The translations under genes were made by a program, and so were the position numbers. The notes below the pieces were generated by a model. That model saw only the letters and a list, made by a program, of their open reading frames with translations. It was not told the DNA's origin and did no database searches. From NCBI GenBank assembly GCA_965178125.1, contig OZ237738.1:124001-188000 (forward strand): a DNA stretch of 64,000 bases, in the 5' to 3' direction. This stretch comes from Bilabrum cf. latius (lineage: Eukaryota). This document shows positions 50,342 through 61,900 of this stretch, piece by piece (position 1 is the first letter of the stretch; each line of letters begins with the position of its first letter).

Positions 50342-52045
50342 TCACCATGAGTCTGTCCACAAAAGCTGCGGCTCTGGCGAGGCACTAGGAGGTTGACGGA
50401 ACCCGGTCGCCGAGTCCGGGGACCGTCCCACCCCGCAGGCGACTCCCATGTGGCCGTTGCCCATGGGGATGCATGCTACAGTGCGTGCCGATAGCCCCCT
50501 CTCTCGCAGTTTTGGGCCGCGACGGCCATCAGCTCCCTTTGCTGCGTTGCCAGATGTTGGCGCCAGGAGCGGCCCGCTTGCATCCACAGGCCCGTTCCAA
50601 GACACGCCCACCCAATAGGCCCTCTCACGCACCCCGCCCCTGTGCGGCACGCCGTTCCATTGCCCCGATTGGTCAGTCCACCCCCTCACCGGAACAACCT
50701 CTAATGCTTCCACTGGCGAGTCGCACACCGCAAGAGGCACGTGCCAGTGGGGGGATCCGTCGGCGGGTGCAGCCCACTGCCGCACCACGCCGTCCATGCT
50801 GGAACTGAGCAGCACCAGGTCCCCAAGGTTAGAATCGTCGACCGGTGCCCCGTTGCTGCTGCAGTTGCTCCATCCCTTGGCCTGCGCATCAAGCAGCGGA
50901 GGCATGGCTCCGCGAGTCACGAACCTGACGCCGGTGACCTCCTCATATCGCTGGTCTGACACATCGCTGCGGTTGTGGACAAGAGAACGGCGGTGGTGGG
51001 CATCCAGCGGGATGGGGCGCACAGTACTGCTGCCCCCTGATGTGCCTGCTATGCCATTCATGCGACGAAGAGCAGTTGACCGTGCCGACTCTGCGAGCGG
51101 CTGACCGCTCTTTCGCAGGTCCCACAGGACGCACTAGCCGAATGAGTTGCCTGTCGCGAGAAGTGGGGCGCTCGATGCGATGAATCGAGTCGGCTCTCCT
51201 AGCTGATGCATTATACTTGCTGCAGCTGTGCTTGGTGCAGGCAGGGCAGCAGCAGTATTGTCCACAGACCACGCGGGCTCTCTGTCCCAAGGCGGCCCTT
51301 TCCCTTCCTGGCTCAAGGCCAATCTCCCTGTTCCCTTGGCAGCAGCGGCGCTGTTTTGCTCCTTCCGATGCGGCTGCAGATGCACCGGCCGGGAGCATTC
51401 TCCTGGCCACCACAGGTCAGCCGCCCGCTCTATGCTGCCAATGGAGCACTGGCACACGCATGCCGCTCGGCGCACCGCTGCTCCCTCTCTCCCACTCCCC
51501 GCGCCCCCCGCAGCCCCCGCACCCCCGGTGCTGACCCGCAGGTCGAGGAGGAGAGTGCCTGCGCGCGAGCAGCTCACCAGGGCGAAACGGCCCCACGAGA
51601 GCAACCGAGCACGGAGCACCTGCCCCGCCCCGGGAGCGATGCGACTTGACCAAGAGGCCGCATTGGAGAGGGCAGTGCTGTCTCCTGGCGATGACTCGAG
51701 CAGCCGGCACGCGTCCAGACCGGCCAGCATCGTCGGCGCGCCTGCGGCTCGATCCGCGGGGCTCGGTTCCAAGCGGGCGCACAGAGTCGGTGGGTCGCTG
51801 CGCCCCCAGCTGCTTGAAATATCATGCGCTGTCGCTTGTCTGCGAAGCCGAAAGCTGGTCCAAGCGACCGGCCTCGCACTGTCCCCGGGCATCACGGTTC
51901 CGATGTGGATCGCGCTGCTACCACTTGCGGCAGCCATAAGGCCACAGCGCACCCTCACAGGGGCTACAGATGCAGGCAATATCCCTCGAAAAGGCTCAGT
52001 CAGGCATACTTCACTGTATCTTGCTTCCGAACTTCGCCTTGGCAT
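50342..52045 (-). CDS. Degenerate WD40-repeat protein (1 TAG at 51134); start uncertain
   Basis: 'LLATGNSFG*CVLWDLRK' and 'LLSSSMDGVVRQW' are WD-like repeats. ORFs 51134 and 50342 share a frame; ends TGA. Confidence 0.6.
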
Positions 52046-52450
52046 TGCAAGCGATCCAGCTGCATGTCTCCACGTTCGGGTAGCTACTGATGCGGCACCA
52101 CAGGAACCAGAGGTTGCCAGTTTCCATTGTAGCAGAGAGAATTTCCTCTTCGAAGATTTTGTAGAAAATTGTGTGCCCTGTTGGAGCACCCATGGCCTCG
52201 CGATCCTTCTTTGAAGCCATGTGCTGTTCAGCGAGTTTCTCCAGGATGATGATACTTTGCGCAGCTACAGCCCGCCTTCCAAGCCAACGAGGCTGCAGAT
52301 ATCGCTACGTATATCATCAGACATGACAACTTCACCCATGTATCACAACGATAAGGGTGCCATTTGCGTAGGAACCGTGCGACGACCTCATTCGTCACCC
52401 GCAGACGAAGGCGGGCGGCGCGTCGCACGCCCATCAACCGAAGATCCAGC

Positions 52451-53680
52451 ATGGCAGCCGCTGCAGATTCTGGCAAAACCGAGAGGATTACCTACAAAAG
52501 TCTTCACTCATTTGTTTTGGACACGCTGACCAAAGAAGGCCTACATGAAAGCCCAGCAAGGGACGTTGCCGACGGTTTGGTCGAAGCAAGTCTTCGAGGC
52601 GTGGATACGCATGGAATTGCGCTACTTGGGCACTACGTTCGCGATTTAAGGGCTGGGGGGATCAATAAGAATCCAAAGTACAAGATTTCGAATCCGTTCC
52701 CCTCGCTCGCCGTCGTTAGTGCCGACGCAGGCCCTGGACTGTCGGCCGGACGTTACGCGATCCGCGAGGGAATCAAGATTGCAAAGGTGCAGGGCGTCTG
52801 CTCCGTTGTTGTGCACGACTCTACCCATCCGGGTGCTATGGCGTTTTTCACGCTAGAGGCCGCCAGGCAAGGGTACATCGCGTGGGCTATGACTAACACC
52901 GACAAGAAAATGGTGGTGCCTGGATCAAACAAGGCCTACTTTGGTACAAATCCCATCGCCGTAGCTGCCCCGAGGACCGACAGAGACCCATACTCTTTCG
53001 ATGCAGCGACAACTTCCATCCCTTTCAACAAGGTGATGGTGTGCCGCCGGGCGGGCAAGCCCACGCCGCCGGACGTAGCCACGGACGCTGCGGGTGTGCC
53101 TACAACGGATGCAGAGGCAGCCGCCTAGCTGCTGCCTCTGGGGGGCGAGCGGTTCGGTTACAAGGGCCACGGCCTGGCGAGCATTGTAGAGATGATGTGC
53201 GCCGTGCAAGCAGCCACCCCGTTCGGCCCGAATGTGCGCCCCATGTTCGGGTCCGAGAGCCGGGCAGACGACCGGAGGGACCTGGCGCACTGGTTCCTCG
53301 TCATGCGACCTGATGCCATGGACGTGTTCAGGGGCATTGCCGACCCCGGAAAGCCACCACGAGCACACGGGGAGAAAGGCGAGGGAGGCGATGCAGCAGG
53401 CGACGATACCGATAAGCCTGCCAGTGAGGAGGGTGCTAAGGATTTCAGGGGCCGGCTGCAGGCCATGACAGACGAGGTCCGGGGCCTCCCCGAGGTGGCC
53501 CCAGCAGAGGGACACTCCGCCCCTTCGACGGGTTTCGCGAAGCCCGGACTGGCTGGTGACCCGCAGACCGGGCATGCTGCAGAGAGGGGCAGAGACGGCA
53601 TACCCATCCCGCCCGAGACTGCAGCTGTGTTCGCCAAGCTGGCAGAGGAAACAGGGGTGGTGCCCGAATACATCGCTTGA
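52451..53680 (+). CDS. Ldh_2 family (AllD/ComC/malate-L-lactate type 2) dehydrogenase (1 TAG at 53126)
   Basis: 'LVEASLRGVDTHGI', 'STHPGAM', 'FGTNPIAVAAP', 'FDAATT', 'AAA*LLPLGG..GYKGHGLA', 'GIPIP'. Ends TGA. Confidence 0.88.
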
Positions 53681-53785
53681 TCGGGATCAGAGCTTTTAGG
53701 GCGACTTGAAATCATACTGGCATGGTTGTGTCGAGTCTGCCACGCACCTTGCGAGGATCTGCGAACTGTGGTGCCCTGAACCCTG

Positions 53786-53813
53786 CATTCATTCATTCAT
53801 TCATTCATTCATT
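53786..53813 (+). repeat. (CATT)n microsatellite between convergent 3' ends
   Basis: About 7 tandem CATT units. Confidence 0.85.
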
Positions 53814-53924
53814 TGGATTGCCGCTGCCGACTGCACGCCGTCGCACATGCACGTTGTTTGCCACCGCCCGCACTAGCCAAATTAGCTGTTCGACTAGCTC
53901 GTCAGCATCAAGATCAGGCCAAGA

Positions 53925-55709
53925 TCAGGCCACAGAATGCAGCAGGCCTTCTCTGTCTGTGCCATCACCGGCAGGCAGGTTAGGGTACCCCGCAGTCTGC
54001 ACCGGCGTGCGCAACCCACCGCTGGAGGACCCGCCGAGCCCAAGCCTGACCGCCCCCGCGCCCGTCGATCCGCCCGCGGTATCCCCGGTCGTACTGTTCT
54101 CCCGCGCCCCTCCGTGTTCCCTGAGCAGCTGCCTGGCCACCTCTGCCTCAAGGGCCTCGAAGAACGCCCCCCCGTCGTCCTCCCTCTGCAGCGCGCCACC
54201 CATGCCGCAACGCTCCGTGAAAAAGAGTGCGGCGGCAAACAGAGCAACATCAAAAAGAGGTGCCCCGGGCTCGCATAAAGCCCTGGACACTGCCATCGCA
54301 GCTCCGACGGAGTGGGCAGCGGCTGCGCTGGGAGGCTGCCCGTGAGCGTAGGCAGACCTGCTGCCCATCGTCATCACGCCGCACCGCTCCCCAATCTGCT
54401 GCATCTCGTCACCCCAGCTGCTGACTCCGCCGCCACTACCACCCACCGCCGCCACTCCGTCCTCAGAGCCGCCGGTGCTGCCCAACTCGTTGCTGTTCCC
54501 TACCCCAGCTGCACCTCCCGCACCCGCGGTCGCCCTGGTGGACAGGGCGCCTTCGGGTTGCAGCGGGCGCGCCCCATCCAACCGGCCGCGAGGAGCAAGC
54601 ACCACCGGGCTAAAATCGACTCCGAGTTGCTGGCCCCTGCGCCCCGTTTCATCCCCGCCCTGTCGCAGTCCCCACTGCCCCAGCCCCTCGCCGTCCGATC
54701 CCTTGGGTCTCTCCACCTAAAATCCCCTCGCGACCAGAAACCGCTCTGTCCTCCTGGTCCGCAGCTCGTCTCGGAATCGGATGAACCGTGCCACCTCCCC
54801 ACTGCTGACCACCGAGCTGACCGACCGCCGGAAGTACGTCCCCATCCGCGTGGCCACAAGCGCGTCATCCGTGAACCAGGGGAACGGCCAGGCGCGCCAA
54901 TCCGACCCAAAGACCTGCTGCAGGTTCTCCCAAGGGCCCAAGTCGTATGACGATGCCCTCCCGCCGCTGGCCTCAACCGTACTGAGGTTGTGAGAAGCGA
55001 TGTAGAGGTGGCAGCCAAGGAATCCAGTGAGCGAGATTGCAAAAGATATGGACAGTACCACAGAGAGCATGCCTCCCAGGCCTGGTTTCCACGAAGCGCC
55101 GCCCATTGCATCCTTGTACTACTATCTAGTATACAGCCCCGACAACAAGAATAACTCCTGCCTGCAGCAAAAGGCCGTATAGAACCCAGTGAGTGCCGTG
55201 TAGGCAACGAACAGCAAGAAGCTCTTGTAGTTGCGGTAGCCGGCCACGTTGGAAACCCACGGACAAGTGTGGTCAAATTTGAGAGCGCACTCGCCCGTCA
55301 CAGAGTCGTGCTTGCACCTCGGCGGCTTTGCTGCCTGGCACGTTCTGCAATGCAGAATGCCTGTCGGGCCAAGCACCGGCTGGACGCGGCCCCGCTGCCC
55401 CGGCCGCACACCAATCCCAGCTGGTGTAGGATGGGCAGTTCGATAAAATAGCGGGGAATGCCCTGGATGCGTTAGTGCCGTCTTGAGGTAGGCCCAGAGA
55501 ATCATGAAAATTAGGGCTGTCAGCAGCACGAACTGCACAGCGCCACAAAATGCCATGAGAGAAGACTGCTGGGGCTACTATATGACCCAGAAAAGCAATA
55601 AATAGCGGATTCCGACCTCGACGTACACCATGAGAACAAGGCCAACGACTAACAGAATTGGCAGAACTGCAAGCCACCGCATAATCCTGTATCGGTGCCA
55701 AGAAATCAT
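53925..55709 (-). CDS. DHHC-family palmitoyltransferase (DHTC variant; 5 TAG including two TAG-TAG pairs)
   Basis: Two N-terminal TMs, 'CRTCQAAKPPRCKHDSVTGECALKFDHTCPWVSNVAGYRNYKSF', 'NLSTVE', 'YDLGPWENLQQVFG'. ATG 55709, TGA 53925. Confidence 0.88.
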
Positions 55710-55980
55710 GCTGCCGCTAGATTACGTAGACCAGTCACAAAGCTACGAGCTTGCCAATGTTGGCTGTCTCGACAGGCGTGGATGTGCGTGCCTCAAGGGC
55801 ACTGACGGCTCTTCGAATTGACGGAACCTTCACCGCAGCAGCCCTCGTCTTGAAGTTGCTGGCTCCGTTGACGAGGTCTTGCGAACATGCTGGGCCAATA
55901 AACCACTGAAGCAGGTCAATACACCATCCGTGGTAGATCGAACACGCAAGAATTCTATATTTTGTCACGCAAATACAAAC

Positions 55981-58900
55981 TCAACGAGGAGGTGGCGGGT
56001 GTCCCCCCGGACCGCCCATGCCCTGGGACCCCCGAGGCATTTGTACCACTCTAGACTGCATCTGGTACTGTGGATAAGCGATCTGCCCGTTGGAGAGCAT
56101 GACTGCACCGGGAGGCAGCACACCGGGGGCCCTGGCCTGCATGGGCACCGCCATGCCCTGCACCTGCACCTGAGGGGCCGACGGATACACAATCTGTCCG
56201 TTGGGCAGCATGGCGGCACCGGGCGGCAGCATCACCACGCCACCGCCCCCAGCCGGGGGGGTGGGTGGTGGAGCTGCATGCACGTAGGTCACCGCCGTGC
56301 CACCACGCACTGCACCCGAGTGCATGGGCATGGCAACGGACCTCCCCCCCATCCCCCCCCCCATCATCATGGGCACTGTCCCCATCACCATGCCCTGGCT
56401 GCTGCCAATTGCAGGCATCCGACCCCCCATGGGCATTGACATGGGCATTGACATGGGCATGGACACAGCAGTACCCGCAGGGAGGCCAGCAGAGGCCCCA
56501 GAGAGGCTGCCTGCAGTAGGCATGTGCATGCCTGCAGAAGCTCCCCTGGCACCTGCCCTTCCCACCAGCTGTGGCACGCCCCCAGCACCCACATGGAAGT
56601 ACGAGCCGGGGGCAGTCGATGCCCCGCCTGCTGCCCCGCTGCCCGCAACAGCCCCAGCACCGGCGCCGGCCGCGCCCTTGCCGTGACCATGGCCGCCCCG
56701 GGGGAGTGGGCTCCTGGCTCGGCCCGGGACACCAGTCGTGGTGATGAAATCTGACGTGCGCACAGGAGCCGACGCCTTCTCCATTTCCTTCTCTCTCTCC
56801 TTGTCCTTCTTCTTCTGCCTCCTCTTCTTTTTCCGCGGCTTCTTCTTGGGGCCCCCGGAAGCATCCCCACCGCCGGAGTCATCACCGGTCCCATGCCCCT
56901 GCCCCTGCCCCTGCCCCTGCCCCTGCCCCTGCCCCTGCCCCTGCCCCTGCCCCTGCCCCTGCCCCTGGCCTTGGGCATTTGGGTCGGCAGGCCCGTGGGC
57001 AGGCGACGAGGCAGTTGAGCTGGGAGCAGAGCCTCCAGTGCTGCCCCCATCCTTGCCCTTGCCTTTCCCCTTGCCCTTCCCCTTCCCCTTCCCCTTGGTC
57101 CCGCCGACTTCCCCGGCAGCCGCAGCCTTGGCGGCCGCAGCGGCTCGTTTCTTGGCCTTTGCCTTCTTGCTGCCCACCAGCCCAGCGTCCTCAGCCTCCT
57201 CCGCTGTCATCGAGGTCCACGCGAACACCCCGGCGCAGTCGCGAAGACACACCTGCGGGTTGAACGGGTGGTTGGTGCCCACCTGGAACACGCACGGCAG
57301 CCGCTGCATGAGCCGCTTCAGCCCACCCAAGTTCTCTTTGACTCCGTCTGGAAACGCATCGGAGCCCGTGATAGCGCGGAGGGCCTTGCCCACCTGCGCC
57401 ACGGACAAGGTCCCTTTGCTCCGTAGCAGGCGGAGCAGCACCTGCGCCACGCCGCCCGCCGTGGCCACTCCGGTCGCCGTCGCATGGGACAGGTCGATGG
57501 CCGCGTCCATGACGGCCTCGTTGCCCTGCAGGGGATCCCAGTCGCCGTCCTCGGCCTCCTCCCCGCTGATCCACGAGGACGCCATCGAATCGGAGCGACG
57601 CAGCCGCATGAGCCGGCTGGGCTGTGGCCGCCGCTGCTGGCTCTGTCCGGGACTCGACAGCCTCGACGGCTCGGAGCGCATGCTTCCGTTGGCGGGGGGC
57701 GCGTCCCCGCCGCTGCCTCCGTCTGCACCATCCGACTCGGGGATATCCACCATGGCCCCGCCGCCGCTGGGGGAGCCGTATTGCGGTGAGCCAGCTGGCG
57801 AGGCTCCTGCCATGCCGCTGCCGAGCCGGCTGCGAGATGCGGTGCGCACCACGCGCATGCCGCCGGGGGCCTCGGGAATGCTGAAATCAGGGGCGTCACT
57901 GGCATAGCTGGTCGCGCTGGCCAGCGGGGCAGCGGCGGATGCGTCGTCCAGACCAACCCCCGCTCGCCGGCTGCTCCTGTTGGCTCCCTCCTTGCCATCA
58001 TCATCATCGCTGCCACCGCCGCCGCTGCTGCTGCTGCTGCTGGACCCGCCTGCGTATTTCCACCCAGAGGATCCCAGCTCGACTCCGCCGCCGCCGTCAT
58101 CGCTGGAGAAACCCCCGCTGCCACCAGACAGCCCCGACAGCCCCGATGATCCAGACCTGCAGCCAGCCGTCCACGCATCTGGCCCGCCCATGGTCAAAGG
58201 CCACAGATCACTCGCGGTGCTGCGCGCGTCGCCCCACCCCGCAGGCGACGGCACAGCCTGCCCCACGCCTCCCTCCCGCACAGCGCCAGACCCGGCAGCG
58301 CCGTGCCCGGATGCCTGTCTCCTTGGCGATTGTCGTCTTGCGCCTGCGCCAGCCCGTGCCGAGGCAAGCGCTGCTTCGAGCGTGACTGCCAGCACCTGTG
58401 TCTCGTCACCCGCCGTGCTCGACTCCGAGGAAACCTGCCCGCTGCCACGTTGCGCGATCTGTCGGCCCGCCGCGACATTCTTCTGCGACATCGCGGGCGC
58501 GGGCGCAGAGGCCTCCGACGCCAGCGGGCTGCCTGGATACGGTGCCGCGCCGTCAGGTGCGTCGCTGGCGTGGTCGTCGTTGCCGCGTGATCCGGCATGC
58601 CTCGCGGGTGCGCTCGTGAGCAGCAACAGCGGGCCGTGGGCCCTGCCCGAGTGCCTGCGCCGCTCACCCCGCACCGCGTCCAGGGCGGTCTGCCTCAGCT
58701 GAGCCGACTGCGCGGACATGTCTGACTGGGCCGTCAGGAGGCGCGCCCGCGCTGCTCCGATGTTCTCGCGTCCTCGCCGCACAGGACTGGCGGCACCATG
58801 GTCCAGAGCCGCCTGGCTGGCCCTCTGCAGCTGCCGCAAGCGGTGCACAGCAGCCCTGACCGCGATCGAGTGAGACTCCCAGCGGGTCTGCAGAGCGCGA

Positions 58901-61900
58901 TCCGCGAGGGAAAATGCGCCCGCTAGCTGCCTTAGCGCCTGCTCGGCGTCGGTGGGATCCGGCCGCTTGCCTGGGGGATGTGAGGCGGGCGGCGGCGGTG
59001 CTTTGGCGCGCTCCTGCATGGCGACCAGAGCCATCGCCTCTGCCTGGGAGCGTAGCTCGGTGGTAGCGTGCCCCGAGGCGCGACTGACGCTGCTGAGGAC
59101 GTTGTCAACCACGGTTGAGCTCGCCAGTCGGAGCCTGGTCAGTCCCTCCAAGCCGTCGTCGTCGTCATCGCTCTGGGGCTCGTCCTCCTGCGCCACTGGC
59201 TAAAAGAATCGGGTGGCCTCGCGCACCGTGAGCCCTTCCACCTCCTCGATCTCGTGCTGCCGCGCGCGCACAGCAGCCGCCGCTGCATCCACGCCGTCCT
59301 CCCACTCGAGCGCGTGCCGCACGACCCGCCTCACCGGCCGAAGCAGCGCGTTGCCGTGAGTCATGAGGAAGAGCGTGGGACCGACTCCCGGCCTGGCCTC
59401 GTGGTGGGCCCGCCACCCCCTCTCGAAGGCAGCCTGCACGCGCTGGTGCTTGCTCTTCTTGCCTTTGCCCTTCTTCTTAACAGGAGCACTCTGCTCCCCT
59501 TCGGCCCCGCTCGCGCCCCCTCGTGCCGGTGCAGCACCATCCTTGCCCTTGCCCTAGGTCTTGCCCTTGTCGATGCCACCGTCGCCTGCAACTGCGCTGA
59601 CCCAGTCCCTCTCTCCTAGGGCCAGCTGCGCCTCCTTCACCGCCGCATCGGCCGCCTCCTCGGCCTCGATCCGCAGCGCAGACACGTAAGACGAGGCAAA
59701 GGAGCCGGCGGCGGGGGCCAGCAGGGGGTGGCACAGCCCGGCGTCTGGCGGGGCGGCCAGCATGGCCACGCCGGCCAGCAGCAGCGCGCTCACCGAGAAC
59801 TCTGGGTGGTCAAACAGGAGCGAGCTTCGACGGGTGCCCTGCAGCATACCCATGGGGTCTGGAATGGGCGCGCCCGCCCCGATGCGCGCGTACAGCTGCT
59901 GGAGCTGCTCAAGAACGAGCTTGTCGGAGAGAAGGCCGCCCGACTCAGCGGCTGGGGCTGTGGCCGCGCCTGTGGTCCCGCTCGCAGGGGCGGCAGGTGG
60001 CTGCAGGGTGTCCCTGGCTGGTTGCGGCTGCGGCGGCTGCCATTCAGCCGCGCCTCCCCCGCGCCCCTCTCCGGTTGCGCCTTGTGGACCAGCCGCGAAG
60101 GCTGCGTGCATAGCGGATGCGTTTAGAGCGTGTGAGTGCTGCTGCTGCTGCTGCTGGGCCTGCTCCTTGGCATCTGTGCTGGCCTGTGCCTCGGCTGCGG
60201 TTGCCTTGGCTGCAGCCCTCGCCCTCGCGATCGCGGTCCTGAAGTGATGGAACACGTGATCGGCGGGAAAGATCGGCAGCGGCGTCAGGGGATGGAGCCT
60301 CCGCTGGTCGTAGCCCCCAGCCACTGGGAGCTTGGGCACGTCGATGGCGAACGCTTCGCACGCCGCACGCAGCTCAGAGGCGAGGACGGGTTCTCCGGCG
60401 GGAGTCAGGGCCACCACCTCGTCCACGATCTCAGCCACGGGACGAGCGTCGGCACCGTCGGGCACGCCCGCATCAACGGCAGCGGCATGGCGCACGACCA
60501 CTCCGCCAGATCGCCCGCTGCGCACGAGGGCGGAGGCCATCGCAGTGGATGGATCCGCTCCGCCGTACTCGATCTGCGCGCGCCTGTGTCGCACCGCCTC
60601 GGGCTCGACAAGAGCCGCCGAGGACTGCCCCTCGGGGCCTGCTGCTGCGGCGCCTGTTCCGCCCCAGTCCTCTGCAATGAACCGCGTCTCGCTGATGAAC
60701 TCGGCCCCGGGCTCCAGCGACACGAACCGGCTGCGCACGGGCGGGGCGGGTGCGGGCGCACTGGACTGGTCGTCGTCCCTCGATTCGATTCGGAGCCGCG
60801 GGGCCAGCTCCAGGTCCCGGATACGCGCGGAGGCCTCCGCGTGCCCCCCGATATCTCCTACTTGCGGCGCAACGCTGCTCTCTCCCGCGGAGGCCACCGA
60901 CCGGGGCGTATGCAGCGAGTCGCCCGAAGCGAACCGAGCCCTCATCATCACAAAGGACGGGCTCCTCCTCTCACGGCCGTGGCCCTGCCGACCACCGGTG
61001 CCGTGGCCACTCTGGCTGCCGCCGTCCGGCTGGCTCAGCTGCAGGCTCGGAACCCTCGATCGCTGCTCCCTCGCCGCCCCGGTGTGCTGGCCCTGTGCAA
61101 AAACCTGTGAGTGGGAGTCAGCTGACAGCTGTGAGTGGGTCCGATCGCGCAGGCGGGGCGAGAGCCCCAGGCCCACGGGCAGGTAGAACCGAAGCATGCC
61201 GCGGGCACCCTCCCAGCGCGGCGAACTTCCGTGCAACAGCTGCTGCGAGCCTTGGCTAGACGTGCGGGCGATGTTGGACCGCCTGCGCCCACCAGGGCCC
61301 GTTGCGCTCGGTGATCTCGGCCTCGTTGCCGCCGCGCTCCCACCTGCTGGGCCACCAGGTGCCGAGATCCTCGGGGGTGGTACCCCCGGAGACTCGACCT
61401 GCGACTAGTCTTCGAACTGGTCCTGCGCTGTCTTGGTGCCAGCAGCAGGCACTCCAGCTGTCTTGGACGCTCGCCGCTTCGGCACGATTCGTGGGCCCGT
61501 CCGACTGACAACAGGCGACGAGGGCACATCCGGGGTGGGGGTCGAAGAACCCGTCCCCGCCACCTGCACCGGCACGATGTTCAGCCGAGACTCTGAGGCA
61601 GCACGAGCCACCATCGCCAGCCGAGAACCGGTCGGTGCCTGCGTGGAGGACGCTGAAGGCCGCCGCCTGGGCCCTCCCGACTGAGAACCCCCTAGGCTGC
61701 TGGGGACGGAGGGTCCGTCCACGGAGACTGCCCTGCTGCCGCCCCTTCCCCGCCCGGCGCTCTGCAATCGCCCGGGAGGGGCCACCTCCTCCGACCTCAG
61801 CTTCTATCCCTGCAAGCCGCTCGAAGCAGGCTGCTCCTGCTGCAGCCGTTGGTGTGATGAGTGGACGGCGAGACCCCCGGAATCGTCCTCTCCCTTGCTC

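Noticed and set aside
52451-53680. Recent bacterial horizontal transfer of the Ldh_2 gene
   Set aside because: The family also occurs in eukaryotes, and this gene matches host composition and uses TAG. A phylogeny would be needed to claim transfer.
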